From the NCBI GenBank assembly GCA_918797485.1, contig CAKKNE010000003.1, positions 1,674,001-1,738,000 on the forward strand: a stretch of DNA of 64,000 nucleotides, read 5' to 3'. Origin of the DNA: Pelagomonas calceolata. Lineage: Eukaryota. The notes beneath the pieces were generated by a model. That model searched no databases and was not told where the DNA came from. It saw nothing but the letters and a program-made list of their open reading frames with translations. The translations under genes were made by a program, and so were the position numbers. Positions 22,314-32,075 of the stretch are shown here, piece by piece. Numbering within the stretch: position 1 is the first letter of the stretch; each line of letters begins with the position of its first letter.

Positions 22314-22619
22314 TTATGAACCCATGGATCGAGCAATAGTCTCTTGAGCTTCCTGTTGCCGCTTCATGTCCGCCTCGACCTTTTTGAGCACTCGCCCGAC
22401 CTCCTCGTGCGCCTGGAGATATTTGCCGACGCAGCGGTCGATGCAGCTCATTTCTCCCACGTGGAGCTCGGCCTCCCTGACACTGGCAATACATTTCCTT
22501 TGACAAACGCTCGACATCTTGTTGAATAAATCGGTCATCATCTCCATCTCGATCTTCGCGGCCGTGAGGCGCGCGTCGGCCGCGGGCGAGGTACTGGAGC
22601 CGCCGCGGAACCAGGACAT
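22314..22619 (-). CDS. TIM10: Mitochondrial import chaperone Tim10
   Basis: [12 protein letters not shown], twin CX3C (CQRKC...CIDRC) and VGKY. Confidence 0.9.
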   Translation of the reverse strand: MSWFRGGSSTSPAADARLTAAKIEMEMMTDLFNKMSSVCQRKCIASVREAELHVGEMSCIDRCVGKYLQAHEEVGRVLKKVEADMKRQQEAQETIARSMGS

Positions 22620-22868
22620 GGTGCTTTCTTACGTCGCGCCGCCGCGGTGGTGGATTGATTGGCGCCGCGTCGACGGCGTTTCGCTGCGTCGCCGCGCCTC
22701 GCAAGTGCAGCGGAGCGTCGGTCGCTGGTCGCTGCTACGCCTTGTGCCGGGCGCTACGTTGCCGCACGAATGAAGCGCGGCTCGGGAGAGGTTTGATAAT
22801 TAAGACGTGACGTTCAATAGTGCGTGCAGCAAGCCTGGCGTACCGCAAAGCTGCAGCTGGAGAAGCAG

Positions 22869-22889
22869 CTAGCGGCATAAAGACACTAG
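22869..22889 (+). promoter_or_regulatory. Upstream CTAG-bounded motif, copy 3
   Basis: ctagcggcataaagacactag, ~220 bp upstream of ATG 23111. Confidence 0.5.
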
Positions 22890-23110
22890 CACCCAAAGCA
22901 GACAAAAACAGGCAGAGCGTGCAAGCGGTGCGTGAGTTGAGCCTTGGGCAGCGCAAAGTCACCTTATCAACGTGCTGTGCAAGTCCTGCCGGATATATTC
23001 GCTGGCACGCGTCTCAAGCATTTCATCTCCACGCTGTGAGCCTGCTGGCAGACAACGCGGCGCGACGCGAAACTCTGCGAAAAAACTACCACACATAGAG
23101 CAAAAAGACG

Positions 23111-23929
23111 ATGCGGCCCGCCGGCGCAAGAGCGAGCAACCCGCCGACCGTGCAGACCGGCCTCTGGGCCGACCTCGGTCCTCGCACAGCGACGCCGCCG
23201 CCGAAAACGACGCCGAGGAAGAAGCCCGAGACGCTCGCCGAGGAGAACGCTAGATTGAGAGCGCGCGTCGCCGAGCTCGAGGCCGTCGCGGCCATGGCCG
23301 GCCCGGCGCGGCGCTGCGAGGCGGCGCAGCTGGACCTCTCCTCGGCCGCCGAGCCCATCAGGCAACGCCTCGAGCAGCAGCGCACGACGATCCTGCGGCT
23401 CGAGGCGCTCGTCGAGCGCCAGGCCAGAGCGCTGGACGCGACGGACGCCGACGGCGCGGCCACGGAGGAGCTCCTGGATCGGCTCGCGAGGGCGCTCCGC
23501 GGCGTCGCGGAGTTAGGAGACGGCGCGGCGCCGTACCACACCGAGGAGTCCAAGGCGACGCCTCCTAAAAAACTCCAGGCGTCTCTGTTGAGGACCGTCG
23601 AGGCGCTGCGCGGCCGCGCGGACGCGTCGAAGCGCGAGCGGCGCGACGCTGCGCTGGGCCTCGACTCGGACGCGGCGCGCGACCGGCGGGCCGCGCGCGC
23701 GCCGATTCCCCCGCGGGCGCTCGCGCCGGCGCCGGCACCATCAACGCCTGAGCCGTCTACGCCCGAGAGCGCACGGACGCCGTCGCCTCCATCACAGCTC
23801 CCCGGCGACACGCGGCCCGCCTGGGACGAGACGTTCGCCTCGGACTTTATTGAGGAAACGCCGCCCCCGGCGCCGGCGCCGTCAAAAAGACGAACAGTAC
23901 AGCGCCCCGAGTGGAAGAGTGATTTTTAA
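23111..23929 (+). CDS. Hypothetical coiled-coil protein
   Basis: Heptad-rich LAEENARLRARVAELEA; Pro-rich tail; coding-like codon usage. Confidence 0.55.
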   Translation: MRPAGARASNPPTVQTGLWADLGPRTATPPPKTTPRKKPETLAEENARLRARVAELEAVAAMAGPARRCEAAQLDLSSAAEPIRQRLEQQRTTILRLEALVERQARALDATDADGAATEELLDRLARALRGVAELGDGAAPYHTEESKATPPKKLQASLLRTVEALRGRADASKRERRDAALGLDSDAARDRRAARAPIPPRALAPAPAPSTPEPSTPESARTPSPPSQLPGDTRPAWDETFASDFIEETPPPAPAPSKRRTVQRPEWKSDF

Positions 23930-23947
23930 CCAGTGTTACCAGTGACC

Positions 23948-24304
23948 CTACTTGTCCTCGGTCTCGACGCTGATCGGCATGCCGTCCCGGTCGCATTCCG
24001 GGGGTTCCCCTTCGCACCGCCAGATCAGCACGCAGACGCCGGGCACGACGGACCCGTAGAAGTAGGTCTTGATCTCGTGCGTCACGAAGGCGCCAAAACT
24101 CTTGCCCACCACCACATTCCAGCCCTTGCCGTATTGTTTCTCGAGCGCCGCCCGAATGAAGTTCGCCACATAAGAGTATACTTTCCCCTGGAAGGAGGCC
24201 TGGTTGAAGGCGTCGGTGGCGATCTCCAAGCAAAAGTCGACCTTCTCCTCGGACATGTCCTCCGCAAAAACTTGTTGTGTTGCTTTGGCCATCTTGGCTG
24301 CCAC
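23948..24304 (-). CDS. Dynein light chain, LC8 family
   Basis: DMSEEK...VANFIRAALEKQYGKGWNVVVGKSFGAFVTHE. Confidence 0.88.
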   Translation of the reverse strand: MAAKMAKATQQVFAEDMSEEKVDFCLEIATDAFNQASFQGKVYSYVANFIRAALEKQYGKGWNVVVGKSFGAFVTHEIKTYFYGSVVPGVCVLIWRCEGEPPECDRDGMPISVETEDK

Positions 24305-24766
24305 TGGTTGTCTCTACAGGGCTGCCTCGGGCTCCGGCGCCGGTCCCAGGCGTTCCTTACTGAAGCGTCGGTGGGCCGAGCGACTCGCACGAGCTGCGTC
24401 GTCCCCGGGGCAGCGTCCCGCGCGCCGACCTCGACGCGCTGTGCCGCCCGTCCAAGTTTCCCTAGTCTGTTTCCCTCTAGACCGGCGGTCCCGCGTGCAC
24501 CGCTCAGAGGCCGCACACCACTCATCGTAGCACTATACACCTCCGGCGTGCGGTCCCAGACTTACGACCCCCCTCGTCCTGCCCGCGGCCATCCCGCGGC
24601 CCCCATACACGTACTCCGCGCTTGCTGCATGGGCTCAAACCTCCACGCCATCGCCGCGGCGGCGGGGACTACGCCGTCGCCGCCGATGGCGTCTCATCAT
24701 CGCAACCGCCGCAACAAAGGTCCGGCGCGGGCCGCGCGGCCTTGGGATTCCGGCGTCCGGCCTGCT

Positions 24767-24895
24767 CCCCCCTCGCCGTCGTCGCTCCGAGCTAACACTC
24801 GGGGCGACTGCGTATGGGGGCCGGGGGCGGGGAGTTCGGTCAAGCAGGCCCCACGGTGGCTCCGTGGCTAGGCGGCCTAGCTCCAAGCAAAGCAA
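24767..24895. repeat. Dispersed repeat, copy B
   Basis: CCCCCTCGCCGTCGTCGCTCCGAGCTAACACTCGGGGCGAC...CGGTCAAGCAGGCC...GGCTAGGCGGCCTAGCTCCAAGCAAAGCAA. Confidence 0.75.
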
Positions 24896-24917
24896 CCGCA
24901 AATGGGCAACTAAGGAC

Positions 24918-26261
24918 TTACTCCGCCTTCAGCACGAGCACGCGCACGCCCGACTCGTCGGACACGTCCGCGACGGCCCGCAAGATGCGCTTGATCGCGT
25001 CCTTGTTCGCCGGGTTCGCCTTGAGCCGCGCCTTGAACCTTACTAAAAGATCCTTCGTCTTCATGCGGCCGCCCGCGGCTTGTAAGGCGCCGCGCACTTC
25101 CGCCTCGGTAAGTTCCGCAGCATCATCCGAAGATGATACTTTCGGGCGCTTCTTCGACGAGGAAGATAGCACGACGGTAGGCTTCTGCGCCTTCGTGTGG
25201 TCCCAGGCCTGCGAGTGCTGGCCCATCTGCGTCGACTCGACCTTCCTCCTTTTATTTTTCTCCTCCTCGTGCTCGGCCTCGCGCCACGCGCGCTTCGTCG
25301 GCGCCTGGCCCCGCAGCAACGCGGCCTGCTCGCGATCTTTCCGAGCTTGCTCCTTCATGGCCTTGCGCTGCTCCGGTGTTAAGGTATCATCCTCGTCGTC
25401 CGCTACTTCATCATCACTCAATGCATCATCTCGGAAAAATAACCCATCCAAATCGTGTTTTTCTTCGTCGGCCTCGTCGTCCTGGAAGTCCTCCTCGACG
25501 TCCAGGCCGTCGTCGCCTCTCCCCTCAATAATGTCCTCGTCGCGGTCGCCGCCCGCCGCGTTCATCCCAAAATCGATATCACCGTGCGCCTCGTTGCCTT
25601 CGCTCCGGAACAAGTCCTTGGCCGCGCGAGAACCGCCCTTCCGGCCCTTCGTCGTTCTCTCCTTCACACCGGGGTCGTCGGCTTCGAGTTTTGCTGCTAA
25701 CCTTCCAAAAACGCCCGTTTTCTTTTTAGGTTTGGCTGAGGGTTGACCCTGGTCGCGGCGCCAGGGCTGCAAGCGCGCCGCCGCGGCGACGTCGTACCTC
25801 ACACTATCCTTGGCCATGGCCGTCTCGACTTCTTCGCTGTTTAGGGTGGCGTGCGTCACCGGCGGCCGGAAGGCGAACCAGTCTTTGACGCTGAGCACTT
25901 CCACGGCTCCAGCTGCCGTCTCTCGGAGTAGCGCATATTTGGAAGCGACGCCGCCTTCCCTAGCGCCGACTAGCGCCGTCGGTCCCGAACCGTCCGGCAC
26001 CTCGATTCGCCACCGCGAGTGCTGTCTCAACTTTCGTCCGCGGAACCGCCGTCGTCTCCGCCGAAAGTTCGGCTTCGCGTCGGGGTCCTGCTCGTCCTCG
26101 CTCACGTCCGACTCGAGTTCCTCCGTCAGCTGCGCGCGCGCGTCGTCGAAGAGCCGCGCGCCGAGCGACGGCGGTAATCGCGCGACGTGGGCGTCGCCGG
26201 AGGCCTTGATTAAGCGGAACTGTCTGGGTTGGGCGCTGTCGACATCCATGGCGTCGGCCAT
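24918..26261 (-). CDS. Transcription factor TFIIF alpha subunit (RAP74)-like
   Basis: GAREGG...Y, V.DWFAFRP...TLNSEEVE, acidic FQDDE linker, and C-terminal winged helix LTEAEVRGAL...MKTKDLL..FK. Confidence 0.8.
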   Translation of the reverse strand: MADAMDVDSAQPRQFRLIKASGDAHVARLPPSLGARLFDDARAQLTEELESDVSEDEQDPDAKPNFRRRRRRFRGRKLRQHSRWRIEVPDGSGPTALVGAREGGVASKYALLRETAAGAVEVLSVKDWFAFRPPVTHATLNSEEVETAMAKDSVRYDVAAAARLQPWRRDQGQPSAKPKKKTGVFGRLAAKLEADDPGVKERTTKGRKGGSRAAKDLFRSEGNEAHGDIDFGMNAAGGDRDEDIIEGRGDDGLDVEEDFQDDEADEEKHDLDGLFFRDDALSDDEVADDEDDTLTPEQRKAMKEQARKDREQAALLRGQAPTKRAWREAEHEEEKNKRRKVESTQMGQHSQAWDHTKAQKPTVVLSSSSKKRPKVSSSDDAAELTEAEVRGALQAAGGRMKTKDLLVRFKARLKANPANKDAIKRILRAVADVSDESGVRVLVLKAE

Positions 26262-26469
26262 GTTTTTGTGCGCGCTGCGGCGGCGTGCGCGCTGCGCGGC
26301 GTGCGCGCTGCTGAGGCGGTACCGCTGGGGGTGTTGCTGCTAGGCGCTGTGCGTCAAGAGCGGTTTGCGCAGCAGCACAGCTGTCGTTTAAAGCTTCTCT
26401 ATGCGTTTATGGTGCTCCGCGCGCCGCAATAGCTGCAATAGAGCTTGACTGCGGACTGTGCTTGGGTTG

Positions 26470-26490
26470 CTAGTGTCTTACAGCCGCTAG
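26470..26490 (-). promoter_or_regulatory. Upstream CTAG-bounded motif, copy 4
   Basis: + strand ctagtgtcttacagccgctag, ~210 bp upstream of the minus-strand TFIIF-alpha ATG. Confidence 0.6.
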
Positions 26491-26509
26491 CTCGTTACGT
26501 ATCACATCG

Positions 26510-27658
26510 TTAGGTCCCGCCGCCACCCCGGAGCCCCTCGAGCGCCTCGAACGCCGCCGCCGCGTCGTCGGCGCCGGCCGCCATCGCTCGGTCCCGCTCG
26601 GCCGCCGCGCCGCGCGCGTCGCCCGCGTCCGCGAGCACGAGGGATAACCCCGCGCGGACCGCCGCCTCTGGGGCCCCGCGCTCGAGCGCCGCGCGCAGCT
26701 GCTCCTCCGCCCCCACAAAGTCCCCCAGCCGCCAGAGGACGACGCCCAGGTCCACGCGGTACTCCGCGTCGTCCGGCTCGACGAGCGTGGCCATCCCCAA
26801 GTCCTCGGCCGCACCTCTTAAATCGCCAGCAGCATGCTTCTCCGCCGCGTCATCCGCGAATTTCCGCGCGTACTGCGGCTTTTGTGGAGTTGCCCGGTAC
26901 GACGCCGCGAAGGCCCGCCTCGCTTCTTCTGGTCTTTCAATGCTCTCGAGGTGCTCGCCCAGGATCCAGTGCAGCTTCGGGTGCTCTTCACCTAACTCGC
27001 GCGCGAGTCGTTCGTAGTCCCGTAAAGCCGCGGCCCAGTAGCCCTCAATCGTACCGCGCGTCGCCACGACGAGCGTGTAGCGCCTTCCTTTCGTAATGTC
27101 GTGGACCTTGTGCGGTAACGCCGCGGGGTACGCGTGCAGGTCGCCTAGTTGTAGAGAAGCGTTCGCCGACCCGACCTGCAGCGCGCCGCCCTCGAAATCA
27201 GTCGCTGAGGACAGCACCACGTTCACATTCTGCGTCCTCATTTTACCATCGTCGGGCTTCGAGTCGACGTGCCAATCAAAAAAGTCCCCTTCCCGGAACT
27301 CGTGCAGCAAGACAAACTCCACGTGGCGCTCGAGGAAGTTCTCCGCGTCCATCTGCGGAAGACTGGGCAGTCGCTTGAGCATGCGCTCGACGACCCACCT
27401 TACAGAATCCCACTTGTCGCGCGGGAGCCAGCGGTTCCTTCTCGATATCCCCATGGCGTCCCGCCTATCGACCTCTTCCTTTGCCTCCTCAAACAACGCC
27501 AGGATGCGCGCGCACTCGTCTCTATCAAAAGCCTTCGGGACGCTCGTTAAGGATGGTTCCTCTTGACATGCTCGCGCGGCGCCGCCTCTTTTTTGTAGTT
27601 TGCGCGTCCAGGAGGCGTGCACGCTCAGAGCGCACAGGGCCAGCGTCACGGCTCGCAT
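26510..27658 (-). CDS. Secreted 2OG-Fe(II) oxygenase (PKHD-type) with C-terminal TPR repeats
   Basis: Signal peptide; FDWHVD, DFEGGAL, PHKV.DITKGRRYTLV; TPR-like LGVVLWRLGDFVGAEEQLRAAL. Confidence 0.8.
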   Translation of the reverse strand: MRAVTLALCALSVHASWTRKLQKRGGAARACQEEPSLTSVPKAFDRDECARILALFEEAKEEVDRRDAMGISRRNRWLPRDKWDSVRWVVERMLKRLPSLPQMDAENFLERHVEFVLLHEFREGDFFDWHVDSKPDDGKMRTQNVNVVLSSATDFEGGALQVGSANASLQLGDLHAYPAALPHKVHDITKGRRYTLVVATRGTIEGYWAAALRDYERLARELGEEHPKLHWILGEHLESIERPEEARRAFAASYRATPQKPQYARKFADDAAEKHAAGDLRGAAEDLGMATLVEPDDAEYRVDLGVVLWRLGDFVGAEEQLRAALERGAPEAAVRAGLSLVLADAGDARGAAAERDRAMAAGADDAAAAFEALEGLRGGGGT

Positions 27659-27880
27659 CGTGTTGCACCCCGCTACGGGTGGTTATCGATGCGGCTGTCG
27701 ATCGATTTGCAGCGCTGCTGCCTGCCTTGTGAGCTCATATGAAAGCACCGGCTTCTACGGTAAGGTCAAGCGCTGTTGTGGTAGAGTGGCAGTCGTGCGA
27801 CCGCAAACGGCTCCGTTCGGCAGTTCTGCTGGTCCTCAGACGGCCGAGCCACGGAGTTGAGCCCACAAAAGCTGCGCTTG

Positions 27881-27902
27881 CTAGTGTCTTACAAGACGCT
27901 AG
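27881..27902 (-). promoter_or_regulatory. Upstream CTAG-bounded motif, copy 5
   Basis: + strand ctagtgtcttacaagacgctag, ~220 bp upstream of ATG 27658 (-). Confidence 0.6.
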
Positions 27903-28039
27903 CCCTTTGGCTTGCGCGCTTTTGTGGTTTGAGCTGTTTGTGCGCTTTTTGGCCCGTGTCACTGGCTCAGGATCTCGCTCATGATCGCTGACGTCTGTTC
28001 GTGAGAACTAAAAATCGGAGCAGCCGCAGCGGCAGCAAA

Positions 28040-31026
28040 ATGGCTGTGCGCCACCGGACGCCCGTCGCGCCGGGCTACCGCGCGTGGGCCGCAGCCGTCA
28101 TAGTACTGCAGTGCGAGCGCGGCGGCCGCCCGGTCACGGCCGTCTACGGCTTCTGGGCCCTGCTCTACTCCGCCTTCAGCGCCCAGGACCTCAGCGACGA
28201 GGCCGCGACGACGTCGCTGCTCGGCGCGCTCGCGGCCGCGTTCGCGCTCGCCGTGCGCGTAATCGCCACAATGTCAATGGGCGAAGGGCGCGCGGCCGCG
28301 GCGGAGGTCGCGCTGCACTGCCTCGGCTGCGCGGGCGTCGCGTTCGCCGCGTGGGCGCTGGTCCACGACGCGGCCGCGCCGGCCGACGCGCACGGCCACG
28401 GCCGCCTCGCGCTCGCGCTCTGCGCCGGCGCCGCGCCGGCACTCTTCGCGGCTCTGGCTTCGCGAAGTGATGGAGGCGACGCCGCGCGGCACTGGGCGCT
28501 CGCGCTCGGCGCCGCGCTCGCGAGCTTTGGCGCCGCGGAGGCCGCGCCGCCGCGGCGCGCGCGCGGACGGCGGCGGCCGCGGCGCCGGCGCCGCCGGAAG
28601 CCGCGGCCGCCCGTCGACGCGCCCGCGTGCTTCGAGGGCGCCGTCGTGGCCGAGGCGGACCTGCAGTCGCTGCGCGGCGTCTCGCGCAACGACGTCGCCT
28701 GCACGCCCGCGGCGCCGCCGACGTTGCTCGCGATCGCGTGCGTGGCGCCGGCCCTGACGGCGCTCGGCGGCGCCGCGTCCTGGGCCCCGCGCGCCGCGCT
28801 CGCCGAGGGGCTTTTGCTCGCGGCCGCGCCGGTGACGGTCGCGTTGTTAATCGCGGCGGCCGCGGGCAACGCCGTCGAAGCGACGCCCTGGTGGGCGGTG
28901 GACGCCCTGCCGCGCGTCTCGGCGCGCGCCAAGCGTTTATTAATGACGGCGGTGCTCGTGGCCGCCGAAATGCGCCTCTTCCCGGCCTCTCTCAGTGTGA
29001 GCGGGCTGCCCGCGGCGGCGGCCGCCGCCGCCGCCGCGACGCGCGCGCTGGGGGCGCCTTTGAAAATCGTCGCGGCCGCGGCCGCGGGCCGCCTCGTCGT
29101 CGGCCCCGCGTTTGCCTGGCTCGCGCTCGCCGCCGTCGACGTCGCCTCCAACAAGGAGCTCGTGGCGGCGTGGCCCGCGGTCGCAGCCGGCGGCGCCGCG
29201 CTCTTCTCTTCCAATAAAGCGGGCCCCCTCGCGGCGCTCGCGGCGCTCGCGCCGCTGCCGTGGGCCCTCGCGCGGCCCGAGGCGCGAATGACCGAAGACG
29301 CCTTCGTGGTGTCTAAATCTACTCGACGCGCCGCCGCGGTCGCCGTCAGTGTCCACGCGATTGGAAGTTGCTGGGCGCGCTATCAGGCGTCCGACGCGGC
29401 GCTGACGTTTGTGACAGTAATGCTCCAGGCCGCGTGGGCCCTCGCGCGGCGCCGGGCGCTCGACGACGGCGCGAGTGCCAAGGCGACGGGCCTGCTTTTG
29501 TGTTTGGGCGCGGGCGACGCCTGCGCCGCGCTCCTCGGAGACTTCGCGCGGGGACCGGCGCTCGGTCTCATAATGGCGCTGCTCGCGGCGCCCGGCGTGC
29601 TGCTCTCGTCAACGCCGGAAGCCGTCTTCGACGACCGTCGAGCCCACAAGAGCATGGCCGGCGCCCTGGCTTCCCTAGGGCTCGCGGCGGTCGCCCTCGT
29701 GGTCCTGACAAGACTCCCGGCGGAGGGCACGGCGCTCTTCGAGTCCGCATCAATAGCAGCCTGGGCCCTCTCGGCGCGCGTCGCGGCGTGCTGGCTGCCC
29801 CCGGACCAAATCCTGCCAAGGAAGGCGTGCGAGAGCCTCGTCGCGGGCGCGGCCGCGGGCGCATTGTACCTGGCCCACGCCGACGCGACGCTGCTGGCGA
29901 CAATTAGATTAGTGTGCCTCGCCGGCGCCCTGAACAGCGCGGGGCGCGCGCACGTCGCCGGCGCGTTGCTCGCGGCGGCGGTCGAGGCTCCCAAAATCTT
30001 CGCGACGGCGTTCCTCGCGGCGAGCCTGGCTTTGTTAGGTGCTGCGGTCGAGAGCTGTGTGGAAATCAACCAGTGAGTTAGGTTATCGAGCGGTCACGGC
30101 GATGATGTCGCGTCGATGGCCTGGAAACTTCACGCCTCGAGGGGCGCCAAAATTTGATTTCACACAGGTAAAGCCGCCGCGCCGCGACGCGTCGCGCTTC
30201 GAGGACCGCGTGGCCGCGCGGCCGGACCGCGCCGTCGTCCTCGCGGTTCGTGGCCTGTGTGGAAATCAAATTTACGGTCCACCTCCACGCCATCGACGCG
30301 ACACGTGCTCGATGGCGTGGCGATGCCGGTTTCTCAACACTCGACACACAGGCGGCGGGCGCGCTCGCCGCGACGGTCCTCACGCACTACTCGGCCGCGG
30401 CGCTGCCCCTCTTCGCCGCGGCCGCGGCCTACGCGGCGCGGCGCCTCCGCGCGCAGCACGCGTCGAGCCTCGGCGACGCCTTCGCGCGCCAGGACGGCCG
30501 GGCCGGCGCCGGCGCGGATGCCGCCGCGTTCGCGAGCTACGCCGCCGCGGCCGCGCACGCGTCTTCATTGAGACGCCACCGGGCCGCGGCGGGCTGGGGC
30601 GTCGTATTGTGCGCCGCGCCCGTGCTGTTGTTTTTGAGGGTGCCCCGGAAGGAGGGGAGGCGGCTGCCCTCGCTTATTTCGTCGGGGTCCTACGAGCGGC
30701 GCCACGTGACGGCCGCCGTCAATTTCGTGCGGGGCGCGGCCTGGGTCCTCGCTCCTACATTGTGGCTCGCGCTCACGGCGCTCGGCCGCGGCGCCGCGCT
30801 CGTGCCCTTGGTCCTCGCGCTCGCCGGGCCGGGCGCCGTCGCCGCGGCCGCGACGCGCGCGCGCCACGTCGTGAGCGCGGCGCTCGTTAGTTGGCCGCTG
30901 ACGCTGGCGCCCTTCTTTTTGAGAGGGGCGACGGGCGACGGCCTGCTCCTGGGCGCGCTCGGCTGCGTCGGGAGCGCGGGCGTGGCGTTGTTCTACGAGG
31001 AGCCGCGGGGCGGCTGGGAGGACTGA
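28040..31026 (+). CDS. Large polytopic membrane protein (possibly NEF1-like); introns 30047-30167 and 30246-30351
   Basis: Many Ala/Leu-rich hydrophobic helices. Removing two introner introns joins ORFs 28001, 30039 and 30250 in frame. The NEF1 resemblance is weak. Confidence 0.6.
30055..30167 (-). mobile_element. Introner-like TIR element IE2 (antisense to host gene)
   Basis: CTGTGTGGAAATCAACCAGTG...TTTGATTTCACACAG; internal core motif reversed; GT donor 8 bp upstream (30047); TSD decayed. Confidence 0.85.
30255..30351 (+). mobile_element. Introner-like TIR element IE3
   Basis: CTGTGTGGAAATCAAA...CTCCACGCCATCGACGCGAC...CACACAG; donor GT 30246 restores the frame. Confidence 0.8.
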
Positions 31027-31055
31027 GTTTATTTGTGTTTTGGACTAATACAACA

Positions 31056-31475
31056 TTATTGTTTTCTCTTCGAAGGCACCGCGCCAAACGATCCAGAGAG
31101 CGTGGGCGTCCTCTTCGACGGCGGATTCATCATGTCTAGCGGCAGGCGCGTCGTTGCGGGCAGCGGGCGCCGGCCCGCGGGCGGCGTCGGCGTCGGCGCC
31201 GCCGCGAAGGCCGCGAAGTCGTCGCGCGCCGCCGAGGGCGGCGCCGGCAGGTCATGCCAGACGTTTTTACCTACTACCCTCAGACACACGAAGGCGTCGC
31301 GCCACTGCTGGATCGCGTCGCCGCTGCCTACCGGTTGATCCCAGGGGTTCTTCGGCTTCTCCGGTAAAACCACGGGCGCCTCGCCGTAGCGCTGCGCCTC
31401 GGCGTTCGCGAGGCGTTGCGCCGTGTCCTGCTCGCAGGCCGCGTCGAAGGCGTCGATGGCTTGCTGGGCGTTCAT
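31056..31475 (-). CDS. Small hypothetical protein (possible FAM149/DUF3719-like motif)
   Basis: QQWRDAFVCLRVVGK resembles the DUF3719 motif; ATG preceded by an A-run. Confidence 0.45.
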   Translation of the reverse strand: MNAQQAIDAFDAACEQDTAQRLANAEAQRYGEAPVVLPEKPKNPWDQPVGSGDAIQQWRDAFVCLRVVGKNVWHDLPAPPSAARDDFAAFAAAPTPTPPAGRRPLPATTRLPLDMMNPPSKRTPTLSGSFGAVPSKRKQ

Positions 31476-32075
31476 TTTTTTTCACCAATAAAAGCTGCGC
31501 CGCGCACTCGTAGCGCTGCTCAGGAGCGAGGTGGCTGGAGCTGCACTCAGGAGCAGCGAGACAGGAAGAACAGCTGCGTGCAGCGATGAGCGCTGCAAAA
31601 AACGACAGCAATCGATAACCACTAAGCACACGAGGCACACGCGTGTGCGCGTTTGAGCCTCCAGGCCGAGGTGTGTAGGCCTCGCAAATCGGGTTTCTAC
31701 AGACAGCGACTGCACGTGCCAGCCTTCAACGCCGTGCTTGATTCCTTGCGCGGGGGCAAAGCGATCGCGGAGACGCATCGGGTGGTGGAAAAAACCCGAG
31801 TCTCCCCAATAAAAATCAGGAGGCGCGAGGCGCGTCGCATTTGCTGTTAGTTGCGGCATTGTGACGGTTATTACGTGTGGCGTATTGTTACGCAGCCACA
31901 CTGGTCACACCCAGCGCCGCCGCTGGCGAAACCGGGCTTGGCTGCCTGGAGACCACCTAAACAGCGGAGCGCATCGAGGCGCATCGACGCCGGCGCGCGC
32001 GCGCACGAGGCGACAGCGTGAGCCGACCGCTGCGCGACCGCTGCGTGAGCCGACCGTCACGACAGCTAAGACACC